Virus record (IMG/VR): IMGVR_UViG_3300023174_000040
Location: 1-64,000 of that record
Length of the DNA stretch: 64,000 nucleotides
Direction: 5' to 3' (one strand)
The notes under the pieces are model-generated. The model did not search any database, had not been told where the DNA came from, and saw only the letters and a program-made list of their open reading frames with translations. Every line of letters begins with the position of its first letter. The stretch's first letter is position 1. Positions 32,333 to 42,177 of the stretch are shown piece by piece. The position numbers were made by a program, and so were the translations under genes.

Positions 32333-33493
32333 AAATCCTATTCTTTTTTCTTCTTTTTCCTTTGTATAATTTTCTTCGCTATTGTTGTATATCTCGGCCA
32401 GAGTCATTGGAACACTTGTTGTCTTTTTAACTCCAAGCTTCTTCAATAGCTTATTGCTATTTTCAATTGATAGTGGCTCAAAATGATGTTCTAGAATAAG
32501 CCTGCCCTTTCTCAGCAGTGCGCTATCAATTTTTTCTCTGTCTGTATTGAAGGTGGCAATTACCAATATATTTAAACAGTCGCCTAATATCCCGTCAGTT
32601 ACGTTTAGAATATTACTGATTGCTTCATTGTCTTGTGTTTCTCTGCTTCGCAGCGCTTTCTCCGCATCCTCTAGTAAAAGGATACAGTTCCTTTGCCCCA
32701 TGATGAAACTGAGGAAATCCGGACTTGTCAGTTGTTCAGCAGCAGTGCTGCTTATGTATATAATTTTTCTTGTAGTTTCACGGCTAAGATATTTTATAAA
32801 AGTGCTCTTTCCTGTGCCTGGGGCACCACTGAATAAAATAAGTCCATTTTTATTGTTGCCGAGATACTCTGAAACTTTTTTATATTTGTCTGCAGCTTCT
32901 TTTCCATAATTTAATTCTATATCGATCTTTTCTTGCGGAAACTTTGTATCGAATTTTTGTGTTGATAACATTCCATCCATGGAGCAAAGAAGATGGATGT
33001 TGCTATTTTGCTTAACATCTAATGAATACTCTATATTTTTTTTGATTTCTTTAAGAGTCTTTTCCTCTAGATATAAAATTTTTACAATATATTCATTATT
33101 ATCAACTTCATTTTCTTCATCCTCTTCTTCTATTCCAAAATCCAAATTATTTAGTATGCTTGCTTTTTTAGACAAAGATATCATTGCATCTTTATATTCA
33201 AAACATAACTCTGCAATTGTGTTTGTTTTTTTATTTTTTTCTAATTTCTCAAAATTGTGAGTATAGAATTTTTTGGCCCCTAATTTTTCAAGATTATTTA
33301 TGGTTTGTCCCTTTATGGGAACCCTAATCTCTAACACAGAGGGCTGAGTATTTTTGTGAAAAACATAATAATAATACAGATTTATATTTGTCCCATATTC
33401 ATTTGGAGGAATTTTTGTCGCATATGGGCGATAGGTATGTGTGGGTTTTTCCATAATATTTTCCATTTCTATTTCATCTCGCATTTTTGCCAT
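32324..33493 (-). CDS. AAA+ ATPase
   Basis: Walker A GAPGTGKS; Walker B LLLEDAE; ILNVTDG; IATFN; DSALLRKGRL. Confidence 0.88.
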   Translation of the reverse strand: MAKMRDEIEMENIMEKPTHTYRPYATKIPPNEYGTNINLYYYYVFHKNTQPSVLEIRVPIKGQTINNLEKLGAKKFYTHNFEKLEKNKKTNTIAELCFEYKDAMISLSKKASILNNLDFGIEEEDEENEVDNNEYIVKILYLEEKTLKEIKKNIEYSLDVKQNSNIHLLCSMDGMLSTQKFDTKFPQEKIDIELNYGKEAADKYKKVSEYLGNNKNGLILFSGAPGTGKSTFIKYLSRETTRKIIYISSTAAEQLTSPDFLSFIMGQRNCILLLEDAEKALRSRETQDNEAISNILNVTDGILGDCLNILVIATFNTDREKIDSALLRKGRLILEHHFEPLSIENSNKLLKKLGVKKTTSVPMTLAEIYNNSEENYTKEKEEKRIGFSS

Positions 33494-33555
33494 ATCATCA
33501 TTCTACATAAAAAATAAAATTTCTTCAAGTAGTCAATTCAACTTTCTCACTTGGC

Positions 33556-33583
33556 TTGACAGCACAAATACCACGCCTAGAAT
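33556..33583 (+). promoter_or_regulatory. sigma70-type promoter
   Basis: TTGACA-16-TAGAAT. Confidence 0.6.
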
Positions 33584-33619
33584 ATCTTGTTCTGAGTGCC
33601 CGATTCTCAGGGGATCTTG

Positions 33620-33636
33620 TTTCTTTTTGGTACGGT
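33620..33636 (+). promoter_or_regulatory. dispersed 17-bp motif, copy 1 (TTTC-Y5-GGTACGGT)
   Basis: TTTCTTTTTGGTACGGT; function unknown. Confidence 0.75.
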
Positions 33637-33690
33637 TGGACCAAGGAGAGTCGGCTGGATATTAAAATAATAAAATTATAAGGCATCGAA

Positions 33691-34776
33691 ATGCAACTTG
33701 AAAAGAAGTTTTTCAATTCTAATAACATTATAACTGAAGAAGATAAGGATTATTTCAAAGGTCTGGTGGATCCAGACAATCATGTTTCGCCTTTTTATGG
33801 TTTTGTGGGAAATCGAAAAGCCATATCCAAGCTTTCTATTATTGCTTTTGATGCTCTTCAAAAAGAGAATCACCTCTGCAGGGATATATCCCTCTGCATC
33901 ACAGGCCCGGCAAGTAGCGGAAAAACCTCTTTGGTGAGAAAGTTCGCCAAAGTGTTGCAGTTGCCCCTGGTTGAGATTAGCCCTAGAAGCATCACGAGTC
34001 TCGACGATTTAGTGGAACAGATTTCTATTTCTTTGTATAAAGAAAATATTCCCCTGGTCGAACAGGTCAAGGATAGCAATTCTTATATGCTTCCTCCGTG
34101 TATTATTTTTATTGATGAAGTTCATGCTCTAAGAAACAATATTGTTCAGGGTCTTCTAAAGGCCACTGAAACCAAGGATGCTATTCTAACAACCGAGTCT
34201 GGAAGCCATATTGACTGTTACAAGGCTTGTTGGATTATAGCCACAACAGACATAGGTAAAGTTTTTGATGCCTTTAGGTCGAGATTCAGTGGCCTAGAAC
34301 TTAAATATTTGACTAAGAAAGAAATTGGTCAGATAGTTCATCATAATTTTCCTGAATTACCTCAGAATGTTTGCGATTTGGTTGCGCACTATAATTCTAA
34401 GATACCAAGAAAAGCCATAGAATTTGCGAAATATATGAAACTTCACAGGTCTATGAATGGTTTTTCTTGGGAAGAAACAGCCAGAACCATTGCCGCAAAC
34501 GAGGGAATTGATGAACACGGGATGCACGAAACCCATCTGGCCATTTTGAAATATCTCTATAAATATAAGACTGTGGCCATGAAGAGGCTCCAGTACCTTC
34601 TCAATAAAAAGACGGAAGAAATAGACAAATATATTCTTCCTTGGCTGCTGGCGGATTCCGAAGACCAGCCCAGCCTTGTTTATGTCACCCCTAGAGGTCT
34701 AAGATTAACCAAGCAGGGCCGCAAAGAATTAATTAAAAGAAATCTTGTAGAGAAGAAAATTAAGGAAGTTGCCTGA
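33691..34776 (+). CDS. ruvB: RuvB-like Holliday junction branch-migration ATPase
   Basis: GPASSGKT; IFIDEVH; IATTD...AFRSRF; C-terminal P.L....L...TPRG winged-helix motif. Confidence 0.7.
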   Translation: MQLEKKFFNSNNIITEEDKDYFKGLVDPDNHVSPFYGFVGNRKAISKLSIIAFDALQKENHLCRDISLCITGPASSGKTSLVRKFAKVLQLPLVEISPRSITSLDDLVEQISISLYKENIPLVEQVKDSNSYMLPPCIIFIDEVHALRNNIVQGLLKATETKDAILTTESGSHIDCYKACWIIATTDIGKVFDAFRSRFSGLELKYLTKKEIGQIVHHNFPELPQNVCDLVAHYNSKIPRKAIEFAKYMKLHRSMNGFSWEETARTIAANEGIDEHGMHETHLAILKYLYKYKTVAMKRLQYLLNKKTEEIDKYILPWLLADSEDQPSLVYVTPRGLRLTKQGRKELIKRNLVEKKIKEVA

Positions 34777-34784
34777 ATATATAA
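34777..34784 (+). promoter_or_regulatory. putative late promoter ATATATAA
   Basis: 4 nt before ATG 34789. Confidence 0.5.
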
Positions 34785-34788
34785 ATTG

Positions 34789-35235
34789 ATGCAATTCCGA
34801 GAATACCTAGAAATGGCAAGTTTCATCTTGCCTCATAAACTCAGAATAGGGGACAGTGTTGTTTCCGCTGTGGATATGCAGTTTGAAAAACATCCCGCCA
34901 CTATTAACAGTGATGGCAGGGTTATGAACCAAGGTTCCAAATTTATAGCAAAAGTTCCACAATCCCCAGATTACCTATCCTATGACGGTCAAGGAAGCAG
35001 TGAATTTGTTAAAAAAGATAATCTAATAGATTATATTAAAAAAGGTTTTCATAAAATACCAGATAATTGGTGGAAAAAAGCAAATTTTATAACAAATGAA
35101 AGTGTTGGAAGTTTTAGTGTTGTTACCTGCAAAGATTTAAATAATCCGAATTTTCAGATTTGGGGCGCACTCTCAGATTTGAAATGTAAAAATCAAAAAA
35201 AGCTTAAATTAAAGAACCTTATTGACAAAAAATAA
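34789..35235 (+). CDS. hypothetical protein with CTS-like N-terminus
   Basis: MQFREYLEM; ATG 34789 preferred over TTG 34786. Confidence 0.7.
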   Translation: MQFREYLEMASFILPHKLRIGDSVVSAVDMQFEKHPATINSDGRVMNQGSKFIAKVPQSPDYLSYDGQGSSEFVKKDNLIDYIKKGFHKIPDNWWKKANFITNESVGSFSVVTCKDLNNPNFQIWGALSDLKCKNQKKLKLKNLIDKK

Positions 35236-35250
35236 ACCCTTTTATATAAT
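35222..35250 (+). promoter_or_regulatory. sigma70-type promoter
   Basis: TTGACA-17-TATAAT, perfect consensus. Confidence 0.8.
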
Positions 35251-35274
35251 AATCCTCTTCAAAGGAGGAATATT

Positions 35275-35544
35275 ATGGGTCCAATGCTTGAAGGCGTATC
35301 TGTTTGCAGAAAACAAAAACAATCACCAAATGTGGCACTTGCGTTAGTTGCTGCGATGATGTGCGGTAAAGACTTGGCTACAGACAAAGAATTGATGGAT
35401 TATTGTGAGAATTGGATTGAAGAACACGGCAAGATAACTTATAAAAAAGTATTTGACTTTGTTGAAAAATTGGGCTATGAAAGAGAGATTGCTGAAATTT
35501 CACTGTGTTTTGACTGGTCCCCTGATTTTGATCCGAACTGTTGA
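35275..35544 (+). CDS. hypothetical protein
   Basis: SD AGGAGG after a consensus promoter. Confidence 0.75.
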   Translation: MGPMLEGVSVCRKQKQSPNVALALVAAMMCGKDLATDKELMDYCENWIEEHGKITYKKVFDFVEKLGYEREIAEISLCFDWSPDFDPNC

Positions 35545-35702
35545 TCCATTATCTTCGTATTTGAAATAGTTGAAAATCATCCCATCTAGGAGACTCGCCT
35601 GTGTGATATATTAAGATTTTTATAAAAATATTGACTAAGAATGGAAGTTTTAGCCAATTTTAAATTTTAAAGGAATATAGTTTTTAACAAAGAGTTACTA
35701 CC

Positions 35703-36032
35703 ATGAAAATGAGAGATTATATTAATAACGGTTTTGAAAACAGGGAAAAGAAGATTGTTGAGAAGAGGGATTTCGTAAAGATTCCGGCTTTTCAATTAAA
35801 CAAGTTCCAAAGTGAATTCAATCTTAGTTTCAATCAGGAAATGGCTAAAATGTTGGCTGACGCTCTATTAAATAATGAGGATACCATTCAAAATAGAGGT
35901 CGAAATATTCCGCCTCCCCTATTCGCTCTTCTGACCAAATTAGAAGATATGCAGAAGAATAGGTTTTTTGATGATCGTGATGAAGGATATGATCGTGACG
36001 ATCGTCAAGAAGATGAATATTCTCCTCGATAA
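35703..36032 (+). CDS. hypothetical protein
   Basis: 109 aa ORF followed by a terminator. Confidence 0.7.
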   Translation: MKMRDYINNGFENREKKIVEKRDFVKIPAFQLNKFQSEFNLSFNQEMAKMLADALLNNEDTIQNRGRNIPPPLFALLTKLEDMQKNRFFDDRDEGYDRDDRQEDEYSPR

Positions 36033-36062
36033 CTTCTAATTAAAAAAACATATTTTTTAAAA

Positions 36063-36088
36063 CGCTGGAGCGATCCAGCGTTTTTTTT
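36063..36088 (+). terminator. intrinsic terminator
   Basis: CGCTGGA-GCGA-TCCAGCG followed by T8 (GNRA loop). Confidence 0.9.
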
Positions 36089-36143
36089 GCTTGCATACAA
36101 CAAACTAAATGATATAATAGATTCACACACGAAAGGTAAAATT

Positions 36144-36392
36144 ATGTCATACAATAAAGAATACAGAAGAGAAAAGGCAATTGAACGTCAAGAATTAAGA
36201 AATAAGAGAAGCCACTCTGAGCAACTTGCTGTTTTAGACAAGATTTTTGGAGTAGGTTTGGGGGCAAAAAAAGAGCGTGAACGCTTAGCCGGACTTATTA
36301 GCAATAAAAGTAAACCCAAAAAAGAAATTGAGTCTGACGCTTCCGAAGAAAAGCCAAAGAAGAAGAGAAAGAAGAAAAATCAAGATAGTTGA
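36144..36392 (+). CDS. small basic phage protein (start revised)
   Basis: MSYNKE...; QLAVLDKIFGVGLGAKKERERL motif; SD AAAGGT. Confidence 0.7.
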   Translation: MSYNKEYRREKAIERQELRNKRSHSEQLAVLDKIFGVGLGAKKERERLAGLISNKSKPKKEIESDASEEKPKKKRKKKNQDS

Positions 36393-37927
36393 TGTAATTC
36401 ATCACTCAAATTATCGTTGAAATAGTCTTCGTTAAAACCTTCATATCCATGATATGGATGTGTGTAGTCTATTTTAACAAATTCTCTTAGTTCGTAATTA
36501 TCTTTGGCATGCTCTTTGTATATGTCTTTGAGATTTGATATAGCAATCTTTACCATTATATTTTCTGCATTTTCTACATCTGCATAGAATCCATTTTCAT
36601 CTTTTTGGGAAAGAGAGGACGTAACTCTTTGCCAAGCGTCTGATTGAGCCCCATCTTCATATCCAAGTCTACCCGCTGATTCTACTGCGCTGAGCAATTC
36701 TTTGTTGCGATTTATTGCACCCATAATATCATCTTCATCATATTCTTGCCCTTCTGAGGTTAGTATTTTTTTGATGATTTTGATGTTTTTGTCTGAAATA
36801 TGATCAAAAACATCTTTGATTGATATGTGGTCTATTTGTGGATCAAAATTATCCATAAAAGATAAATCTTCTACATCTCCCGAGTAGTATCTCTTTGCTC
36901 TCTCAGAAAAATCTTTAAAGCTATCAAATTTATCGACTACCAATTCATCTCCAACCACTGAGTCGAAAATATCATTAAACATTTCTTGTATTTTTATTAG
37001 TATTTCTCTTGGATTCTTTAATTTAAATATTTCTTTGTTAAAATATTGCTCAATATATAGATCGTAATTTAGACTTGGTTTTAATTTGTAAAGAGTTTGT
37101 TTTACACTTTCATCTAAATCATCCATAGAAAAATTGTTCTCTGGCTTGTATCCTCCACCCTTGACTGTCTTCACAATATTATTTTTTAGTAATTCTATTA
37201 TCGCTGGGTGGAATCTTATTGAGGGCTTGCTATTGTTTCTGCCTTTCATTTCTCCCAAAGCACCGTCGTTAATTATGAATGTTAAATATGCAACATTACT
37301 TGTGTCTCTTAACGATAGAATGTTATCGCCTTCTTTTCCTGCTGCATTTCCACAATGACCTGCACTTGCGCCTTCTTTTTCACATGATCTTTTATCTAAT
37401 AGAACCCATCTCCATCCATTCCAAGAAGATCCTAAGTGACTTAGATCCATAAATGTATCAGCCTCTGCCGCAGGTTTAGCTTTTGAAGTCTCAATTCTTT
37501 CGTGCCATTCTTCGCTTTCTTTTATTAGCATCTCAATAGTGAATTGGCTGTTGTTGAGTTTTGATTTTAAAATATTGTTGTCACTATTAGCCACTAAATA
37601 ATCAATTGTTTCATCTATTTGGTTGCCAAGTTGAGCTAACACACCTGGTTGTGCATATCTCATGAATCCCCTATTGTATGGTTTATTGTATGGGTTGTTG
37701 ACTGTTACACTTGTGAGTTTTTTGTAAAAATTATAAAAAAAGAAATTGATATATGTGGTAATGTATTTGGAACCTGGATTCACCCCTGATAAGATTCTAT
37801 TATTTATATAATTGACCACTTTTAGATAATCTGGGTCCGACTTTATTTCTTTGTCATTTTTTAGCAATTGCGCTATAGTTTGGCTCTCTATTAATAATAA
37901 CCATTCTGAAAATTTGATTTCTTCCAT
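36380..37927 (-). CDS. PcfJ-like domain phage protein (start revised to ATG 37927)
   Basis: CEKEG...GHCG...ILSLRD...LTF....GEMKGRNNSKP; MEEIKFSEWL start. Confidence 0.65.
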   Translation of the reverse strand: MEEIKFSEWLLLIESQTIAQLLKNDKEIKSDPDYLKVVNYINNRILSGVNPGSKYITTYINFFFYNFYKKLTSVTVNNPYNKPYNRGFMRYAQPGVLAQLGNQIDETIDYLVANSDNNILKSKLNNSQFTIEMLIKESEEWHERIETSKAKPAAEADTFMDLSHLGSSWNGWRWVLLDKRSCEKEGASAGHCGNAAGKEGDNILSLRDTSNVAYLTFIINDGALGEMKGRNNSKPSIRFHPAIIELLKNNIVKTVKGGGYKPENNFSMDDLDESVKQTLYKLKPSLNYDLYIEQYFNKEIFKLKNPREILIKIQEMFNDIFDSVVGDELVVDKFDSFKDFSERAKRYYSGDVEDLSFMDNFDPQIDHISIKDVFDHISDKNIKIIKKILTSEGQEYDEDDIMGAINRNKELLSAVESAGRLGYEDGAQSDAWQRVTSSLSQKDENGFYADVENAENIMVKIAISNLKDIYKEHAKDNYELREFVKIDYTHPYHGYEGFNEDYFNDNLSDELHQLS

Positions 37928-37933
37928 ATATAA
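37926..37933 (+). promoter_or_regulatory. putative late promoter ATATATAA between head-to-head genes
   Basis: CAT-ATATAATAT-ATG. Confidence 0.55.
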
Positions 37934-37936
37934 TAT

Positions 37937-38530
37937 ATGCTTAGTTTTAAAGATTTTATCAACCAATCTCCTGCTCCTATGGAATTAGTCCAGAATATTA
38001 AAGTTAGTGAAAACTTAAAATATCACTTAGATAACAAGATATCTCTCTCGGAGAATATTTTCAGGTTATACAGTGAGTCATATTTTGATCTTATTAAAGA
38101 GGTCAGAGAATTGTATAATAAAAATATGATATCTATCAATGATGATGACCTCGAATTGGTATCCAGCGATGCAGGTGAAACAGCCGACTATAATGGGAAA
38201 ACTATTTATTTGGATTGCCCCGTTATTGACAACGAAATAAATGAAGCTGAGTATAAGGGAAAAAAAGTTCAATTGGGAAAACCCCATAGAACTCCTGGTG
38301 AAAACAAAAAATTTGCTGTTTATGTCAAATCGCCATCAGGAAATATAAAGAAAGTTCGTTTTGGAGATCCTAATTTAAAGATTAAAAATAATAACCCATC
38401 CCGAGCCAAGAGGTTTCGTGCAAGACACAAGTGCTCAGAAAAGAAAGATCGGACTACTCCTGGTTATTGGTCGTGCAATATAGCGAGATTTGCTAAATCT
38501 GTTGGTCTGGTTAGCTCGAGGACATGGTGA
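37937..38530 (+). CDS. conserved-looking phage protein with basic C-terminal domain
   Basis: KKFAVYVK...VRFGDP...RFRARHKC...GYWSC; MLSFKDFI start. Confidence 0.75.
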   Translation: MLSFKDFINQSPAPMELVQNIKVSENLKYHLDNKISLSENIFRLYSESYFDLIKEVRELYNKNMISINDDDLELVSSDAGETADYNGKTIYLDCPVIDNEINEAEYKGKKVQLGKPHRTPGENKKFAVYVKSPSGNIKKVRFGDPNLKIKNNNPSRAKRFRARHKCSEKKDRTTPGYWSCNIARFAKSVGLVSSRTW

Positions 38531-38531
38531 T

Positions 38532-38813
38532 ATGAAATTTCCTTTTGAAGAAGAAAAGATTAGTCCCAACACATTTGTTAGAACTTTTAAAGAAAATGTG
38601 CTAGATGATGATCTACAATGGCATTATGATAAAGAAGATAGAATTATCGAGTGCAATGAGGATACAGATTGGATGTTTCAATTTGATGATGAATTGCCAA
38701 TTCAAATAAAAGGACAGATATTCATTCCGAAAGACAAATGGCACAGACTCATAAAAGGAACAAAAGATCTGTCGGTTGTCGTAAAAAAAAGCCTTCCTGA
38801 AAAAATTTTTTAG
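38532..38813 (+). CDS. cupin-like phage protein (start revised)
   Basis: WHYDKEDR...WMFQFDDELP...IPKDKWHRLIKG. Confidence 0.65.
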   Translation: MKFPFEEEKISPNTFVRTFKENVLDDDLQWHYDKEDRIIECNEDTDWMFQFDDELPIQIKGQIFIPKDKWHRLIKGTKDLSVVVKKSLPEKIF

Positions 38814-38819
38814 GGGGGC

Positions 38820-38847
38820 TTGACAAGCTTGAAAAATCTGCTATTTT
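38820..38847 (+). promoter_or_regulatory. sigma70-type promoter
   Basis: TTGACA-16-TATTTT. Confidence 0.5.
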
Positions 38848-38872
38848 CTCGCAGCCCCCATAAATGGGGATG

Positions 38873-38889
38873 TTTCTTTCTGGTACGGT
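38873..38889 (+). promoter_or_regulatory. 17-bp motif, copy 2
   Basis: TTTCTTTCTGGTACGGT. Confidence 0.75.
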
Positions 38890-39012
38890 TGAATCACACT
38901 GCCTAGTCGGGGGACTGATTTTGGAAAGGATTTCCACCCCTGACATCTTTTTCATTTGCAAAGAATTTTCATTTGCACAGCCCCTCGGCTAGGCAGAAAT
39001 AAATCCCATAAG

Positions 39013-39029
39013 TTTCCCTCTGGTACGGT
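39013..39029 (+). promoter_or_regulatory. 17-bp motif, copy 3
   Basis: TTTCCCTCTGGTACGGT. Confidence 0.75.
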
Positions 39030-39063
39030 TGGTCAAGAATGGGGCAGAAATAAATCCCATAAG

Positions 39064-39080
39064 TTTCCCTCTGGTACGGT
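39064..39080 (+). promoter_or_regulatory. 17-bp motif, copy 4
   Basis: TTTCCCTCTGGTACGGT. Confidence 0.75.
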
Positions 39081-39133
39081 TGGTGACGACGGGTTCAAGG
39101 AATGGCCGACACTACAAATAAAAGGACAAAATA

Positions 39134-40213
39134 ATGTACTATATTTTTACCGACAAAGAAAACAATCATCTTTTGAAGATCGAAAAGACTCGTGGAAGAA
39201 CCAAGAGTGGATTCACTCAGAAGTCGGATGGCAATTGGTATAAGATTGTTACGCCTGAAGAACTCAGAGTTATTGTAAATTCCAAAATTACAAATTTTGA
39301 GGAGATAGAAGGTGAATACGAAATCGGTGAACCCAAAGATGGTTCTTTTCAATCAAGGTTCTTGAGTGAAAGCAGGATCGAAGGTGGGGTATTTTATCCC
39401 AAACCCGATCCTTCTTATATCTCTGGGACAAATGTATCCAATCTATTTAAGAATTTGGATAAGCTCAGTGAGATATCCCCTCAGAATATTCGCTTAGTTG
39501 GTCCTCATGGTTGTGGTAAGACCGAATTGGCTATCCAATATGCGGCACAATATAATATGCCAATTCTTATTATGGATTGTGCTAATCTTCGTGAGCCAAG
39601 AGATTGGTTTGGTCATAAGACCGCTAAGGATGGCTCTGTATATTGGAAAGAAAGCCAGTTTGATAAGTGCATCACAAGTGGTGGCCATGTAATTCTTTTG
39701 GATGAAATCAATAGAACTTCTCCAAATGTTTTGAATACTTTGCTTCCATTATTGGACGATAGGAGATTCACCTATCTGGAAGAAAAGGGAGATATCATTA
39801 AGGTTGGCAAAAAGACAGTATTTTTTGCGACCATGAATGAAGGTGCAGGATATACAGGGGCGTCCAGTGTAGATTTTGCTCTTGAAGATAGATTCCCAAG
39901 ACTAATTGAGCTTAATTATCTCTTGAACAGCCAGGAAATCCAACTGCTCATTAGTAGGACTGGCATTGCAAAGTCTGATGCTAATAAGTTGGTGGATATA
40001 GCAACTACTATTAGGAAGAAAAATATGGGCCTTGATGCTTCGTTCTCCAAGAGCGTTAGCACAAGGCAGCTAATATCCATCGCACAGGATTTTGTTGTTG
40101 GTGGAGTTCCAACACTCGAATATACTTTGACCAATCATTTTAGCAGCGAAGGCGGCAGAGAGAGTGAACGAGCCGCAATCCTTCAAATGATTCAAGGAAA
40201 GTGGGGCAATTGA
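39134..40213 (+). CDS. MoxR/CbbQ/CobS-like AAA+ ATPase
   Basis: GPHGCGKT; ILLDEINR; FATMN.G.GY.G...D.AL.DRF; VSTRQL. Confidence 0.88.
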   Translation: MYYIFTDKENNHLLKIEKTRGRTKSGFTQKSDGNWYKIVTPEELRVIVNSKITNFEEIEGEYEIGEPKDGSFQSRFLSESRIEGGVFYPKPDPSYISGTNVSNLFKNLDKLSEISPQNIRLVGPHGCGKTELAIQYAAQYNMPILIMDCANLREPRDWFGHKTAKDGSVYWKESQFDKCITSGGHVILLDEINRTSPNVLNTLLPLLDDRRFTYLEEKGDIIKVGKKTVFFATMNEGAGYTGASSVDFALEDRFPRLIELNYLLNSQEIQLLISRTGIAKSDANKLVDIATTIRKKNMGLDASFSKSVSTRQLISIAQDFVVGGVPTLEYTLTNHFSSEGGRESERAAILQMIQGKWGN

Positions 40214-40214
40214 C

Positions 40215-42140
40215 ATGGCATTTAATTCTTCAGAATATAATGTGAATTATTCTCCCACTAGTATTTGGACAAAGAAATTAGGAATCTTTGATTATCAAGA
40301 AAAGACAGATAACAAGAACAAATGTTTGTCTCTGCTCAGGCAATTAAACAGATCCGCCAATATTATTTTGAATGATGGAGAAAATGAGAAGAATGTAAAA
40401 GTATCGTTTAGTAGTGGTGAAGAATCCAACAGTGTCTGTAAAAATGATATCTTCATTAGTCCTGATGATTTTCTTAATTCTAAGGATGAGTTCATAGTAG
40501 ATGCTCTTACCGGTAAAGTTTTATTGGCAACTCAACTTAAGAGATCTGTAGATAAAAATACTTGGAAAAAAGTTAAACTTGAGTCTAGGCTCGGCGGCAA
40601 GCGAAAGGGTTCCGATTTCGATTCTTGCAAGAATATTTGGCAGGCAATAGAGCAGTTCGTTGCAAGAGAAGAAGTAATTAAAAATTGGGAAGGCTTTGTT
40701 CCCTACTTTGTAAAACATTCAGAAAATTACATCTCAGAGAAGGACAAGATTCAAAGTCTATTGAATAAAACTTTCGACATAGATGGTTTTTCTTCTATGT
40801 TTGCTTGGAATATTCTTTTTTCTGAGAATTCACTAAAGATCCCCTTTCAGTATTCTGAATTATACGAAAAGTGCAAAAAACTTCTCGATATAGATAATTT
40901 GCCAGCCGATAAAAGGTGGGAATTTAGTAAAAAAGTTGTTGATATTGCTAAAGAATATTTCAAAGAAAATTCAAGTCACTCAGGTAATCAAGAATCCACA
41001 AAAGATTCAGATGAATCTAAGGAAGACTCAAACAACTCGGGTAATTCCGGTAATTCCGATCAAGAATCCACAGAAGATTCAGATGAATCTAAGGAAGACT
41101 CAAACAACTCGGGTAATTCCGGTAATTCCGATCAAGAATCCACAGAAGATTTAGACGAATCTAATGAGTCAGAATCGGAATTTGACAACTACAAAATAAC
41201 AGATAATGAACTTTTCGGAGATAAAGTTAAAAATAAAAGTTTTTCTGAGGCAAAAACTATTGATGTAGAAGCTCCTCAAGAAGAAGATTATGTTTGTCGT
41301 ATTTACGAGAATTGTGCCGAGCCGTTAGAGCCAAAATTTATTTTTAAAAATGAAAACAAGAAAAATCTATTGTTGAGAGAGAAGTATCTGAAAAAATTTA
41401 AGAAAGAAATTCAATCAATAAGCAAGTGTTTGCTTTTTAGAAATACAGATTCTTCTGTTGAAGATTATGGGCATGAGAATGGAGCCATAGATGAAAACAG
41501 TCTTCATAAGCTCGCCTATAACGACTATAGAATATATTCTGAAAAGACAATAAAATCTAAGAAAAATATTGCAATCTGTCTTTTAGTTGATGAAAGCGGC
41601 TCTATGATGGATAGACATAGAATAAATTTGGCAAAAGAGGTTGCTTTTGTTTTATCTGAGGCCATGAAATCTGTCAGCGGTTTGAAAGTCTGTATATATG
41701 GACATACCGCACAAACCGAAAACAACGAAGACATTGATATTACTTGCTACAAGACTTTTGATCAACAAGATACCTCAAGTATTTTTGAAATGAACGCCAA
41801 GCAGCAGAATCTTGATGGTCATGCCATTAAATATGTTGCGAAAAAATTTGCTGAGGATTCTTTTTCTTTTGATAAAAGAATTATGTTTATTATTTCCGAT
41901 GGAGAGCCAGAAGGATATGGCTATGGCGGAAGTCCTGCCATTAAGCACACCGGTAGTGTTTGTGAATTTTGTCGTAAAAAAATGTCTATTGACATAATCG
42001 GTATTGGTATCGACAATGCTTTTTCTACGACCACAGCCGAAAAACTATATGGAAAAAACAAAAGTATTGTTTTAGATGATGTCAAGAAGTCCCTGTCTGT
42101 TATGTCAAGATACATAAGACAGATAAGCCTTAGGATGTAA
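40215..42140 (+). CDS. VWA-domain partner (CobT/NorD-like)
   Basis: MIDAS LVDESGS; NLDGHAI; ISDGEP; adjacent to the MoxR-type ATPase. Confidence 0.85.
   Translation: MAFNSSEYNVNYSPTSIWTKKLGIFDYQEKTDNKNKCLSLLRQLNRSANIILNDGENEKNVKVSFSSGEESNSVCKNDIFISPDDFLNSKDEFIVDALTGKVLLATQLKRSVDKNTWKKVKLESRLGGKRKGSDFDSCKNIWQAIEQFVAREEVIKNWEGFVPYFVKHSENYISEKDKIQSLLNKTFDIDGFSSMFAWNILFSENSLKIPFQYSELYEKCKKLLDIDNLPADKRWEFSKKVVDIAKEYFKENSSHSGNQESTKDSDESKEDSNNSGNSGNSDQESTEDSDESKEDSNNSGNSGNSDQESTEDLDESNESESEFDNYKITDNELFGDKVKNKSFSEAKTIDVEAPQEEDYVCRIYENCAEPLEPKFIFKNENKKNLLLREKYLKKFKKEIQSISKCLLFRNTDSSVEDYGHENGAIDENSLHKLAYNDYRIYSEKTIKSKKNIAICLLVDESGSMMDRHRINLAKEVAFVLSEAMKSVSGLKVCIYGHTAQTENNEDIDITCYKTFDQQDTSSIFEMNAKQQNLDGHAIKYVAKKFAEDSFSFDKRIMFIISDGEPEGYGYGGSPAIKHTGSVCEFCRKKMSIDIIGIGIDNAFSTTTAEKLYGKNKSIVLDDVKKSLSVMSRYIRQISLRM
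40987..41149. repeat. 72-bp tandem repeat (about 2.3 copies) in the low-complexity linker of the VWA protein
   Basis: ATCAAGAATCCACA... at 40987, 41059 and 41131; unit QESTEDSDESKEDSNNSGNSGNSD. Confidence 0.9.
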
Positions 42141-42149
42141 AAAAAAAAC

Positions 42150-42177
42150 TTGACAACCTAAAAAATAAAAGTATATT
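42150..42177 (+). promoter_or_regulatory. sigma70-type promoter
   Basis: TTGACA-16-TATATT, then SD AGGAGG. Confidence 0.65.

Larger units (their letters stand above)
38992..39084 (+). repeat. 42-bp direct repeat x2 (period 51), each carrying the 17-bp motif
   Basis: GGCAGAAATAAATCCCATAAGTTTCCCTCTGGTACGGTTGGT at 38992 and 39043. Confidence 0.95.

Noticed and set aside
38992-39084. 42-bp direct repeat as a mini CRISPR array
   Set aside because: Only two copies, a 9-nt gap, no palindromic repeat and no cas genes in the window.
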